Source of the DNA: an uncultured Pseudobdellovibrionaceae bacterium
GTDB taxonomy: Bacteria > Bdellovibrionota > Bdellovibrionia > Bdellovibrionales > UBA1609
Direction: 5' to 3'
DNA length: 64,000 nucleotides
NCBI GenBank assembly: GCA_963803705.1
Contig: CAWDNU010000004.1
Span: 288,001 to 352,000, forward strand
Numbering within the stretch: the first letter of the stretch is position 1; each line of letters begins with the position of its first letter. Both the position numbers and the translations under genes were made by a program. A model generated the notes under the pieces. The model made no database searches. It saw only the letters and a program-made list of their open reading frames with translations, and had not been told where the DNA came from. Positions 19,558 to 28,850 of the stretch are shown here, piece by piece.

Positions 19558-20673
19558 ATGGATATCTCAAATAACTCTGAGAACAAAAAATTTGATTTCA
19601 ACTTAGCCCTAATAGTTTTGGCCTTGAATCTTGTAGGACTTATAAACTTATACAGCGCCTCTAATGGGGTAAATACTTCAGAAGTTAGTAGGCTATTTTG
19701 GCAGCAGATGATTTGGCTGCTTATGGGCTGGGGTGTATATCTAATTTTAACATTTCTAAATTATAACCTGATAAAAAGTTGGTCTACTTATATATACGGG
19801 ATTAACCTCATCTTTCTAATAGCCGTGATCTTCGTAGGTAAAAAATCCCTGGGGGCCCAGAGATGGATAGATCTTGGCTTTTTCAGGTTTCAACCTTCTG
19901 AAACAATGAAAGTGGCGCTGGTATTGGTTGTTGCAAAAGCGCTGACTTACCGCATTCGTCAGGAGGGCATGGGCTTAAAAGATCTGATGGTCCCCATCGC
20001 AATCACTTTAGTTCCATTTGTCATAACAGTGGTTCAACCCGATTTGGGAACATCTTTATTATATCTGGCCGTAGTCGGGACCACATTACTTTTTGTAAAA
20101 ATAAAAAAGACAGTTATTGTGGCGGCACTAATCTCGATGGCTGTTGCCTTACCAGTAGCATGGAAGTTTGGTCTAAAGGAATATCAGCGCGGTAGAGTGT
20201 TGACATTTATATCACCAGGCCGTGACCCTCGCGGGGCAGGCTACAATTCAATTCAATCCAAAATTGCTGTGGGGAGCGGTCAGATATTTGGAAAAGGGTT
20301 TAGAAAAGGAACTCAGTCACAATTGGAATTTTTACCTGAACGGCACACTGATTTTATCTTTAGTGTTTTGAGCGAAGAGCATGGCTTTGTCGGGAGCATA
20401 ACAACTATCGCTTTATTTGGTGTTTTATTTATTTTAGGTATCAAAATCGCCCAAAATACTAAAGACCCCTACGCCTGCATATTGGTTGTAGGGATTATGT
20501 CGATAATATTTTGGCACTTTTTCATCAATATTGGAATGGTAATGGGGCTGCTCCCCATAGTTGGGGTTCCGCTGCCTTTAATATCCTATGGTGGGTCTTC
20601 TTTACTTACGACTATGGCCTCTTTAGGACTTATTTCAAGTATCTCCTATAACCGAAGCTTGTTTCAAACCTAG
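19558..20673 (+). CDS. rodA: rod shape-determining protein RodA (SEDS)
   Basis: GAQRWI, FQPSE, QPDLGT, PERHTDFIF, GVPLPLISYGGSS. Confidence 0.95.
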   Translation: MDISNNSENKKFDFNLALIVLALNLVGLINLYSASNGVNTSEVSRLFWQQMIWLLMGWGVYLILTFLNYNLIKSWSTYIYGINLIFLIAVIFVGKKSLGAQRWIDLGFFRFQPSETMKVALVLVVAKALTYRIRQEGMGLKDLMVPIAITLVPFVITVVQPDLGTSLLYLAVVGTTLLFVKIKKTVIVAALISMAVALPVAWKFGLKEYQRGRVLTFISPGRDPRGAGYNSIQSKIAVGSGQIFGKGFRKGTQSQLEFLPERHTDFIFSVLSEEHGFVGSITTIALFGVLFILGIKIAQNTKDPYACILVVGIMSIIFWHFFINIGMVMGLLPIVGVPLPLISYGGSSLLTTMASLGLISSISYNRSLFQT

Positions 20674-20676
20674 TTA

Positions 20677-21000
20677 CTATATATGTGGAGTCACCTTAGA
20701 TTGGATCTCTTCTTTAGGGATATTTCCAATCATCTGATCTACAGCTTGACCGTCTTTAAATAAAACCATCATGGGTATTGACCGCACACCATATTTCGCT
20801 GCGCTTTCTCTGTTTTCATCAACATTTAGCTTTACAACTTTTAATTTTCCATCCAGCTCTGAAGCTAACTCTTCTAATTTTGGAGCTAACGCTCTGCATG
20901 GACCACACCATTCTGCCCAAAAATCCACAAGGACCGTGCCCTTAGCATTAATAACTTCTGCTTCGAAATTGCTATCTGTAACTTGTTCTGTAGTAGCCAT
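20677..21000 (-). CDS. trxA: thioredoxin
   Basis: DFWAEWCGPC, VRSIP; AGGAG RBS. Confidence 0.96.
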   Translation of the reverse strand: MATTEQVTDSNFEAEVINAKGTVLVDFWAEWCGPCRALAPKLEELASELDGKLKVVKLNVDENRESAAKYGVRSIPMMVLFKDGQAVDQMIGNIPKEEIQSKVTPHI

Positions 21001-21391
21001 CTTTTCTCCTTAAATCCCCAAATTCATATTTTTTACCTTAAGACCTATTAAGCCTTTAAATTTACAGTTTTCACCTTGAGGACAATTTATAAATTAAATC
21101 TATCGCGTCATTTTTAAAATATGTGCATAAAAACTAGATTGTAAAGGCACACCACTCATAAATCAATATCCAGAGGCGCCTAAAAGAACATTCGAAAAAT
21201 GTTCAAAGATAATCCTCGGATCAAATAAAACTTTAGTTTGAAAAAGCTTTACCCCAACCAAGCTCTTGTGCCTCGTTCAGATAAAATATTTAATATATGT
21301 CCGGACTTCAGATCTGGGCAGAAGGACAGAATTATCTTGGTAATATTTTAACCGATACTTACTATATGTTTCGATTTGCTTAAATCTTGAT

Positions 21392-22267
21392 ATGATTAAA
21401 CTAAGTGAGCTTTGCGTATTACTTCAGAATAACAACATCAAGTTAAAAACTTCTGACATTTTAACTATCCACAAGTCACTGATTGAAAAAAATTTTTGCT
21501 TTTTTAATCCTAGGACAATAAGGCAGCACAATTACAAAAAATTATACAATAATTCTTGGCTATTTCACCAGCTCACTGAAGTAAGACACTCTATTAAAAA
21601 ATGGACTGGCCATCATAAAATAAAAATCCTTACTATTGATGATGTTGACTACCCCGCTTCTTTGTTAAGCCTAGAAAATGCTCCGGCAAGTCTGTACGTA
21701 ATGGGATCGTTCAAAAATTTAAATGGGGCTATAGCTATAGTCGGACGCCGTGAAGCAAAGTCCTACACCCTTAATTGGATGGAAGAAAATCTGCCAAAAA
21801 TTTTTAGCTCTAAAGTACCTACTGTAGTTAGTGGTGGAGCAAGGGGTGTAGATACCAAAGCACACCAATTGGCTCTTCTAAATGAATGCCCTACAGTATA
21901 CGTTATGCCCTCAGGACTCTTAAACTTGTATCCGAAACATCTTAACTCAAGCGCAGCAGAGCTAATTAAATCAGGAGCTACATTTATAAGTGCCTACCAT
22001 CCAAATTCCGAGATGCGAAAACAAAACTTTTCAGATCGTAACTGGATTATCGCAGCCTTGGCCTCGAAGGTCATAATTTTAGAGGCAGAGATTAGAAGTG
22101 GAACCTATAAGACGGCAATGTATGCGCTAGAATTAGATCGAAATCTTGGAGTGGTACCTTCATTTCCAACAGACCAAAGCTATTCTGGATCCCTACAGCT
22201 AATTTACGATGGGGCAAATATGTTAAGAGGGCACGAAGATCTAAATTGTTTTATTGACGAGATTTAA
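21392..22267 (+). CDS. dprA: DNA-processing protein DprA (short form)
   Basis: YP..L..L..AP..LY..G, IAIVGRR, VVSGGARGVDT.AH, F..RN.IIA, EAEIRSG...TA..A. Confidence 0.88.
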   Translation: MIKLSELCVLLQNNNIKLKTSDILTIHKSLIEKNFCFFNPRTIRQHNYKKLYNNSWLFHQLTEVRHSIKKWTGHHKIKILTIDDVDYPASLLSLENAPASLYVMGSFKNLNGAIAIVGRREAKSYTLNWMEENLPKIFSSKVPTVVSGGARGVDTKAHQLALLNECPTVYVMPSGLLNLYPKHLNSSAAELIKSGATFISAYHPNSEMRKQNFSDRNWIIAALASKVIILEAEIRSGTYKTAMYALELDRNLGVVPSFPTDQSYSGSLQLIYDGANMLRGHEDLNCFIDEI

Positions 22268-23381
22268 ATTTGAAAAAATCTGAGAATGTATCATTTTTGA
22301 ACTTCATCCAAAGTAAAGATAAAATAAAGAACAAAATATTTGGAATATAAACATAAGCTATGAGTTTTGCATTTCCAGCGAGGGACTCGAAGATAAAGTA
22401 CAAAATCCAATATGACATAGCCAAAAAAACGCATATTCCTAAGCTTTCAGAGCGAGACACTCGTTGAAATATGTTAAAACCGAAAGCCGCTCCCAGAAAA
22501 AGGAAAACAAAGCACACTATCGAAAGCTGAAGCCTTTTGTGCAATTCTAGTCGATAGGTGAAGTGCGACTTTTTAAATTCAGGTGTAAAACTTTTTAATC
22601 GCCTTTGAAGCTCGAAGTTCGACATCGCTCTGATAGAGGTTGAAGATCTTTTTCTACTTTCACTACTTGTCATAAAATTATATTCATCAAAATCGATTAC
22701 TGCATGGTTTTCTTCTTTTGGGTTATAGTGAATCTGTCCTTTTTTCATCTTCAAAAAAGAACCCAAATTATCTTTTTTCAAGATTTCACCTGATTTAGAA
22801 AAGACAACAGCAGGTTGTTTGTTTCTGCGATCTAAAATAAAGAAATTTTTAAACTGCTGATTCTTCTTATCAAGGCTTTCAACGTAAACCGTCATTGGAC
22901 CCAAAGTTAAAAAGACCCCAGGTTTCAGGTTTGAAGCTAAAGTTTCGCTAGCAATTTGAGAAGACAAAACTTTACTGGTTTCGACACCCTTGGGACCCAA
23001 AGTGCTAACACAGTAGTAGCAAAAGATAAAACTTAGACCACACAAAATCACCGCCGGAGCCAACAGTTGGCGCTTTGTATATCCCAAAGAACTTAGGGCC
23101 ACCAGTTCCGAATCCTGACTCATACGTCCGTAACCCAGTAGAATCGAGGCTAGAAAAGCCAGTGGAATGACAATTGGAAAAGTGGAAATGACTAAGCTCT
23201 TAAGCAGCAATAGAATAGACCCAAGGTCACTACCATAAATAAGAATCACATCTGTGAACCGAAACATTTGGACCATTAAAATGGTTAACAATAAAATAAA
23301 TAGGCTAAGCATATATGGGGACAATAATTCGCCAAAAATATATCCAAATAGCTTTAACCTAATTTTTAAAAATGGAATCAC
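22251..23381 (-). CDS. LptF/LptG family LPS export permease
   Basis: IPLAFL..ILL.YGRMSQDSELVAL.S.G, periplasmic domain, ELHKR; 6 TM layout. Confidence 0.88.
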   Translation of the reverse strand: MIPFLKIRLKLFGYIFGELLSPYMLSLFILLLTILMVQMFRFTDVILIYGSDLGSILLLLKSLVISTFPIVIPLAFLASILLGYGRMSQDSELVALSSLGYTKRQLLAPAVILCGLSFIFCYYCVSTLGPKGVETSKVLSSQIASETLASNLKPGVFLTLGPMTVYVESLDKKNQQFKNFFILDRRNKQPAVVFSKSGEILKKDNLGSFLKMKKGQIHYNPKEENHAVIDFDEYNFMTSSESRKRSSTSIRAMSNFELQRRLKSFTPEFKKSHFTYRLELHKRLQLSIVCFVFLFLGAAFGFNIFQRVSRSESLGICVFLAMSYWILYFIFESLAGNAKLIAYVYIPNILFFILSLLWMKFKNDTFSDFFKFKSRQ

Positions 23382-24580
23382 TTTATACTTTTATCACCCG
23401 GCGCGATAAAATCACGACTAGAGACGACAATCCCAGTAGAAACATCTGGCGTAGAGGATACGACTTTAATTACACCTATTCGATTTACTATTCCTAATAG
23501 TTTACGCTGGGGATTTCTTTTTTTTCTATTTTGTTTCACTTCGATCAACGAACCTGCTGTTATTCCTTCTTTTTCACCCTGTGATATAAAAACGGTTTGG
23601 CCAACGCCCATAATATTATAGCCAAAAAGCTCGCTACCTCTTAAAATTTCAGCGTCTACAGGCTGAACGTCTTTCGCATCATATGAAAGGTCATATTGAG
23701 GCACGCGGCCAGAGATTAACAGAGTTCCCTTTTCAATCAAATCAAAGCTTCTAGTTACTTGTCCTGCTACCAAACCGTTTTGAATGTCTTCTCGCCCAGT
23801 GATTTTGAGTTCACCTACGTACTCGTAAATCCTAATGTCGCTTAAGGTTCGTCCGCCAGGGGTTCTGGCTTTCTTTCTTGGTTTCACTAAGGTGTAAACA
23901 TTGCCAACAGGCAAGGGTTCGTTGGGTTTGATAAAAACTTCATCGAACGACCCCGCTATATCAAATTCGGCATTCAAAAAGCCTTCTACTTCTCCGTAGG
24001 TCCTAAGGTCTCCTTGATGTAAGAATGAGGATAAATTAAATTTCATAACGTTAGAGTCTAATTTTGAAAACTGAAGCTGAGTTTGACTAACGGCGCTACC
24101 CTGGTCTTCTCCGGTATTTTTCCACTCTGGAAAACTGTTCGGCAAATCATTTAAGACAGGAACGTTTTTAGGATCAGGGGGAATTTTAACCTCTGGGTCA
24201 TCTAAAGCATAAATTGAATTACCTGGCTCTTCAGATTTGACGCCGACAAAGACCTGCGGGGCACCGCCATCGGTACTACCTAAATAAAAACCTATAGTAT
24301 TTCCCGGATAAATTAAATGGGGGTTTCCTATGTAATCGTTCAACGACCAAATTTTTGGCCAGTAATTTGGAGTTCCAAAAAAAACTTCGCTTAATTCTGA
24401 AAGAGTATCTTTACGGCGGATAATGTAAGTTTCAGTCTTCTTAGTTTCAGCAATTTTGTTCCAATTATTAACAGGCTTGGACCAAAACTTCTTGTAAGCT
24501 TTATCAAATTGCTCTCGACCCTCCACTGCTGCGTGCGCTTGCAATGAAACTAAACATATAGTGCAGAAAACCAATTTCAT
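23378..24580 (-). CDS. LysM peptidoglycan-binding protein (TsaP-like)
   Basis: Signal peptide; YIIRRKDTLSELS..FFG.P.YWPKIW..N..I.NPHLIYPG; close to dprA. Confidence 0.8.
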   Translation of the reverse strand: MKLVFCTICLVSLQAHAAVEGREQFDKAYKKFWSKPVNNWNKIAETKKTETYIIRRKDTLSELSEVFFGTPNYWPKIWSLNDYIGNPHLIYPGNTIGFYLGSTDGGAPQVFVGVKSEEPGNSIYALDDPEVKIPPDPKNVPVLNDLPNSFPEWKNTGEDQGSAVSQTQLQFSKLDSNVMKFNLSSFLHQGDLRTYGEVEGFLNAEFDIAGSFDEVFIKPNEPLPVGNVYTLVKPRKKARTPGGRTLSDIRIYEYVGELKITGREDIQNGLVAGQVTRSFDLIEKGTLLISGRVPQYDLSYDAKDVQPVDAEILRGSELFGYNIMGVGQTVFISQGEKEGITAGSLIEVKQNRKKRNPQRKLLGIVNRIGVIKVVSSTPDVSTGIVVSSRDFIAPGDKSIK

Positions 24581-24693
24581 ATGTGCAGTCCTAATTGAAA
24601 ATGAAGTTTTTTATATGTCAAAATTTCACTTAATTTAAGTTTAACTTTCACTATTAATATTATCTCTTAAATCGTTTGTTTTGCAAAAGGAGG

Positions 24694-24737
24694 TCTGGAT
24701 AAAGTTATCCACACAAAGTGTGTGTTAGTGTGCATAA
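24694..24737. promoter_or_regulatory. cluster of three DnaA boxes
   Basis: TCTGGATAA (24694-702), TTATCCACA (24705-713, perfect), TGTGCATAA (24729-737). Confidence 0.6.
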
Positions 24738-24960
24738 AAGAACTGAGTCTAGACTTTGGTAGCGGCTTTTAGCGGATTGCCTAATTAGTAACTAACTTAT
24801 TAACTATATGATTTTAATAAGTTTTATAGGATTTTAAGACCCAAAATTATTCTTTAATTTAAGATTCTGTCAAACTCAAGTGGGTGCCTATGCATTTTTT
24901 AAAAGCCGCCACTACGGACAGATTTTTACCTAAGCTCTGAACTAGGCTTTGAATTGACCT

Positions 24961-25941
24961 GTGTCTTTGCACCTACACTTAGTGCAAAAAACTGGAACCC
25001 AGTCTTTTAGTTTAACTATTTTAGTGGCACTTTTTATTTGGTGGTCAGGAGAACTTTTAACTGGAATCTGGACTGGTGTGGATGGAATCTCTTTTAATGC
25101 TCACAAAATTTGCATTGAATACATAGAAACACCAGGAGTTTATAATTCATTAAACTTGAAACTAATTTGCTCTTACACTAATAAACGTGCTCAAACTTTA
25201 GAAATATCAGATAACTATCTGATATTTATATTTTCACAGTTGGGTTTACTTCACTTGCTTGTGGCTTCTGGCACGCATTTACTAATTTTGAAATCTGGGT
25301 GCAACCTACTAATTAAAACTATAACCAACAGCATGGCCCCAGTGTTCATTCTGCTATTCATTTTTGTTTTAGCTTCAAACTTCAACACTCCAGTCACTCG
25401 AAGTTTTGTTCAAGTCTTGATCTCTTTTTTAGTATTAAAGCACTCCTTAGCCTTGTCACAGGTTAATGTAACTTTCTTATCTTCGTTTATTTTCCTGACC
25501 TTTTTCCCTGCTGCTTTTTTAACATTATCTTTCTGGCTAAGCTTATCTGCAAGTCTTTTTATAGGACTATTTGGTCGATATCCAATCAGGTTGTCACTGG
25601 TCTTTTACCTTGGACTACTACCCTTTATAATGAATTTTACTGTGCCCTCGGTTGCCTCTGTACTGATAAATTTAGTTATAACTCCGGTTCTTGCCCCTTT
25701 ACTGATTTTAAATTCGCTCTTTTACTCGGTCGTAAAATTTTATAGACCTGTTGGTGAGTGGATTTTCGTAATGATAGAAGTTGTGCTTCGTTCATTCGTA
25801 CTGACAAATTTCGATAAGCCTAGCTCGTTTTTTAGATTACCCAGCGAATTAAAATTTATTTATGGATTTTTGATTCTCGCTCTTGCTCTTTATTTTCAGT
25901 ACCTTAGATCAAGAAAGCTGTGTGCAGAAATAAAAATTTGA
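24961..25941 (+). CDS. comEC: ComEC/Rec2 competence channel domain protein (divergent)
   Basis: F..LGLLHLLVASGTHL, PVTRS, LSFWLS..A, INL...P: ComEC Competence-domain motifs. Confidence 0.75.
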   Translation: MSLHLHLVQKTGTQSFSLTILVALFIWWSGELLTGIWTGVDGISFNAHKICIEYIETPGVYNSLNLKLICSYTNKRAQTLEISDNYLIFIFSQLGLLHLLVASGTHLLILKSGCNLLIKTITNSMAPVFILLFIFVLASNFNTPVTRSFVQVLISFLVLKHSLALSQVNVTFLSSFIFLTFFPAAFLTLSFWLSLSASLFIGLFGRYPIRLSLVFYLGLLPFIMNFTVPSVASVLINLVITPVLAPLLILNSLFYSVVKFYRPVGEWIFVMIEVVLRSFVLTNFDKPSSFFRLPSELKFIYGFLILALALYFQYLRSRKLCAEIKI

Positions 25942-26633
25942 CCACTTATTGTCTTATGAACTTTAGAATTAGTTTTGATAGGATCATCAATTTGATCTGG
26001 TTTAGCTTTATTTTAATTTCTCCGCGCCAACTTTCAAGTGACAGTAATATCCAAGGATACTTTTTATGGAATACTGGCTACAGCAACTTCATGACCAAGG
26101 TTACACCTCAAAGATGTAGACACATCGATCCCGGAGGAACCCTTTTGTTTCCCGAAGCGATTTACACTTTGTGCGCTGGAAGACAAAACATTTGGGCTAT
26201 CACAGAGCCTGACCGATTTCACAAAAGTTATAATAATAAGATGAGGTCACTTGGTGCCACCGAATTTAAATTGAAAAGACACGGTGCTGCCAAAAGACTT
26301 AAGCCAGATCAAGTGACTGCGAAAAAAAAGCAAGAGTATTTTAAGGAAGAAAATTTCTATATACCTAATCATCTAAACAAAGACAGTATGAATTTTTTAT
26401 TTAATAGAAAAAACAGAAAAGACTTCAGCGATTACTTGGTGCTGCCAAATCACGGACAACCTAAATACTTAAATCAAGACATAATACGAGCTCTTTCAAG
26501 TTTTAAAATGCGTATAGCAGGTAGCCAATCCCGCACCTACCACCATCATTTAAAAACTCAAAAAAAATTCCAAAAACTGAATCTGCCTGTGGTTTACAAA
26601 AACATATGGGGGCATTTATTTTTTGGAATTTAA
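25920..26633 (+). CDS. degenerate ComEC C-terminal metallo-beta-lactamase-fold protein
   Basis: WNTGYSN (cf. DVGQG), IDPGG, ITEPDRFH (cf. THxDxDH), NKDS, LVLPNHG (cf. PHHG); overlaps the comEC end. Start uncertain. Confidence 0.55.
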   Translation: MCRNKNLTTYCLMNFRISFDRIINLIWFSFILISPRQLSSDSNIQGYFLWNTGYSNFMTKVTPQRCRHIDPGGTLLFPEAIYTLCAGRQNIWAITEPDRFHKSYNNKMRSLGATEFKLKRHGAAKRLKPDQVTAKKKQEYFKEENFYIPNHLNKDSMNFLFNRKNRKDFSDYLVLPNHGQPKYLNQDIIRALSSFKMRIAGSQSRTYHHHLKTQKKFQKLNLPVVYKNIWGHLFFGI

Positions 26634-26769
26634 ATATCATTTAGAGCTATATTTGGCTCGATGCCTATAACAAACTTAAGCGATTAAGGCTGCACAGCAA
26701 TAAACCTGTAAGAAACAGAGGCGTCAGAAGCAATGGAATTAATGTTCTCTTGGAACCTGCAAATTTATC

Positions 26770-27873
26770 TTATCTGTAAGGGCGATACTCCATATCTAAA
26801 TCACGAGCTACAGGTTCGTAAGTTACATATCCATTATAAACATTCAGACCCTTGAGCAAAGCCGGGTCATGTGAAATAGCCTCTTCAATCCCTAGTGCTG
26901 CAATTTTAGAAGCGTAAGAAAATGTCGCATTAGTTAGTGCATAGGTTGATGTTCTAGCCACAACACCGGGCATATTAGGAACGCAATAATGAATAACGCC
27001 GTTGATATCGTAAGTAGGTTCGGTGTGCGAAGTGGGTTTGCAGGTTTCAATGCATCCGCCTTGATCGACAGCGACATCAACAACGACACTGCCCTCAGAC
27101 ATAGTGCCTATCATCTCCTTTGTCACAAGTTTAGGAGCTTTCCGACCAGCAATTAACACTCCTCCAATCACTAGGTCAGAGGCCATAACGCAATTTTCGA
27201 TATTTGTAGCATTAGAATATAAGGTTCTCAGTCGGCCTTGAAAAACATCATCTAAGTATTCCAAACGTTTTTGATTCACGTCCAAAATTGTAACGTTCGC
27301 ACCTAAGCCAATAGCCATCTTGGCGGCGTTTATTCCAACTATTCCGGCACCCAAAATAGTCACTTCACCGCGGTGCACGCCAGATACTCCGCCTAATAAA
27401 ATTCCTTTACCACCTTTGTCTCTTTGCAAGTAAAAAGCACCCACTTGAGTTGCCATACGTCCAGCAACAGCGCTCATCGGGACTAATAGCGGTAGGCTTC
27501 CATCAGGGGCTTCAATAGTTTCGTAAGCTACAGCTTTAACTTTTTTCTGGCATAATACTTTCGTCAGCTGGGGCTCCGCAGCTAAATGCAAATAGGTGTA
27601 GATAATTTGGTCCTCTTGCATCAAATCGTATTCAGCAGGCAAAGGCTCTTTAACTTTCACAATCATCTGGGCTTTTTTATAAACTTCTGCTTTCGTGTCG
27701 ATTATTAAAGCGCCTGCTTTTTCATACTCTTCATTAGAAATAAAGCTTCCAAGCCCAGCATCTTTTTCAACATAAACGGTGTGCCCCTCTAGAACTAACT
27801 GTCTTACACCAGCTTCGGTTAAGCCCACACGATTTTCAGATATTTTAATCTCTTTTGGTACACCTACTATCAT
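26770..27873 (-). CDS. ald: alanine dehydrogenase
   Basis: MIVGVPKEIK..ENRV, KVKEP, YLHLAA, DVAVDQGGC, HYCVPNMPG; ATG 27873 after GAGGGG. Confidence 0.96.
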   Translation of the reverse strand: MIVGVPKEIKISENRVGLTEAGVRQLVLEGHTVYVEKDAGLGSFISNEEYEKAGALIIDTKAEVYKKAQMIVKVKEPLPAEYDLMQEDQIIYTYLHLAAEPQLTKVLCQKKVKAVAYETIEAPDGSLPLLVPMSAVAGRMATQVGAFYLQRDKGGKGILLGGVSGVHRGEVTILGAGIVGINAAKMAIGLGANVTILDVNQKRLEYLDDVFQGRLRTLYSNATNIENCVMASDLVIGGVLIAGRKAPKLVTKEMIGTMSEGSVVVDVAVDQGGCIETCKPTSHTEPTYDINGVIHYCVPNMPGVVARTSTYALTNATFSYASKIAALGIEEAISHDPALLKGLNVYNGYVTYEPVARDLDMEYRPYR

Positions 27874-27886
27874 TTGAATTCCCCTC

Positions 27887-28798
27887 TTAATAGTTCTGTT
27901 TAGTAGTATTAGAATTGTAATCAGATTTATAATCGTTTTCAGTGAGTTGGCAAATCGAATATGCATTAGGCTGACTTAAAATAGCTTTCATCAACTGATT
28001 CATCAAATCATGCCCTGATTTATACAACACTAAATGGCCCAGAAGTGGATGACCCAACGTCATCATATCCCCTATGGCGTCCAAAATCTTATGTCGAACG
28101 AATTCGTCTTGATAGCGAAGTCCCTCTGGGTTCAATACCTTTTTATCATCTAAAACAACTGCATTTTGCAGGCTACCGCCAAGGGCTAAACCTCTTGCAT
28201 GCAAAGCCTGTACGTCTTTCATAAAACCAAAAGTTCTGGCGGCCATTATCTGCTCGGAAAAAGATCTTGGCGAAAGTTCAAAAACCATATTTTGCTCCCC
28301 AATGCTTGGGTGGTTGAACTCTATAGTGTTTGAAATCTTTAAGCCACTGTAGGGGAAAATATGAGCATACTTTTCATGGTTTCCAACTTGAACAGGTGCT
28401 TGAATTTTGAAATAGTATTTGGGCTCTTTGTAATCGTAAGACCCTGCTTCTGATAATCTGTCGTAAAATATCTTGGAACTGCCATCAAGAATCGGCATCT
28501 CGGGACCAAAAACTTCAATGTTTAAATTATCAATTCCCAATGCTGCTACTGCTGACAACGCGTGCTCAACAGTTGAGACACTAGTTTTTTGATTTTGTCC
28601 CAAAGTTGTGGCCATATCTGTAGCCATAACTTGCTCTGGGGTAAGTTTGAAGTGAGGTTCACCAGGTAAATCTTTTCTAACTAAATGGATGCCTGAAGAC
28701 GCAGGGGCTGGAACAAAATGAGCAATAGCTTTTTGACCAGAGTGCAAGCCGATGCCCTCAATCACTACTGTTTTATTCAAAGTTTTTTGAAATGACAT
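27887..28798 (-). CDS. lpxC: UDP-3-O-acyl-N-acetylglucosamine deacetylase
   Basis: GIGLHSG, STVEH, PILDGS, ARTFGF, RHKILDAIGD. Confidence 0.96.
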   Translation of the reverse strand: MSFQKTLNKTVVIEGIGLHSGQKAIAHFVPAPASSGIHLVRKDLPGEPHFKLTPEQVMATDMATTLGQNQKTSVSTVEHALSAVAALGIDNLNIEVFGPEMPILDGSSKIFYDRLSEAGSYDYKEPKYYFKIQAPVQVGNHEKYAHIFPYSGLKISNTIEFNHPSIGEQNMVFELSPRSFSEQIMAARTFGFMKDVQALHARGLALGGSLQNAVVLDDKKVLNPEGLRYQDEFVRHKILDAIGDMMTLGHPLLGHLVLYKSGHDLMNQLMKAILSQPNAYSICQLTENDYKSDYNSNTTKQNY

Positions 28799-28850
28799 AG
28801 AAAGAATTAATCAGAAAAGCCGTAAACAATCAACACACTAAAAATTAGCA

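Noticed and set aside
21351..21383. sigma28-like ACCGATAC followed by ATG upstream of dprA
   Set aside because: That ATG opens only a 5-codon frame out of frame with dprA and the -35 is poor, so it was not counted among the leaderless promoters.
24694..24870. oriC
   Set aside because: Only three boxes and none of the usual origin-flanking genes; kept as a non-origin DnaA cluster.
27874..27966. N-terminal extension of ald in the ORF track
   Set aside because: Overlaps lpxC; the real start is ATG 27873 with an RBS and the canonical MIVGVPKEIK.
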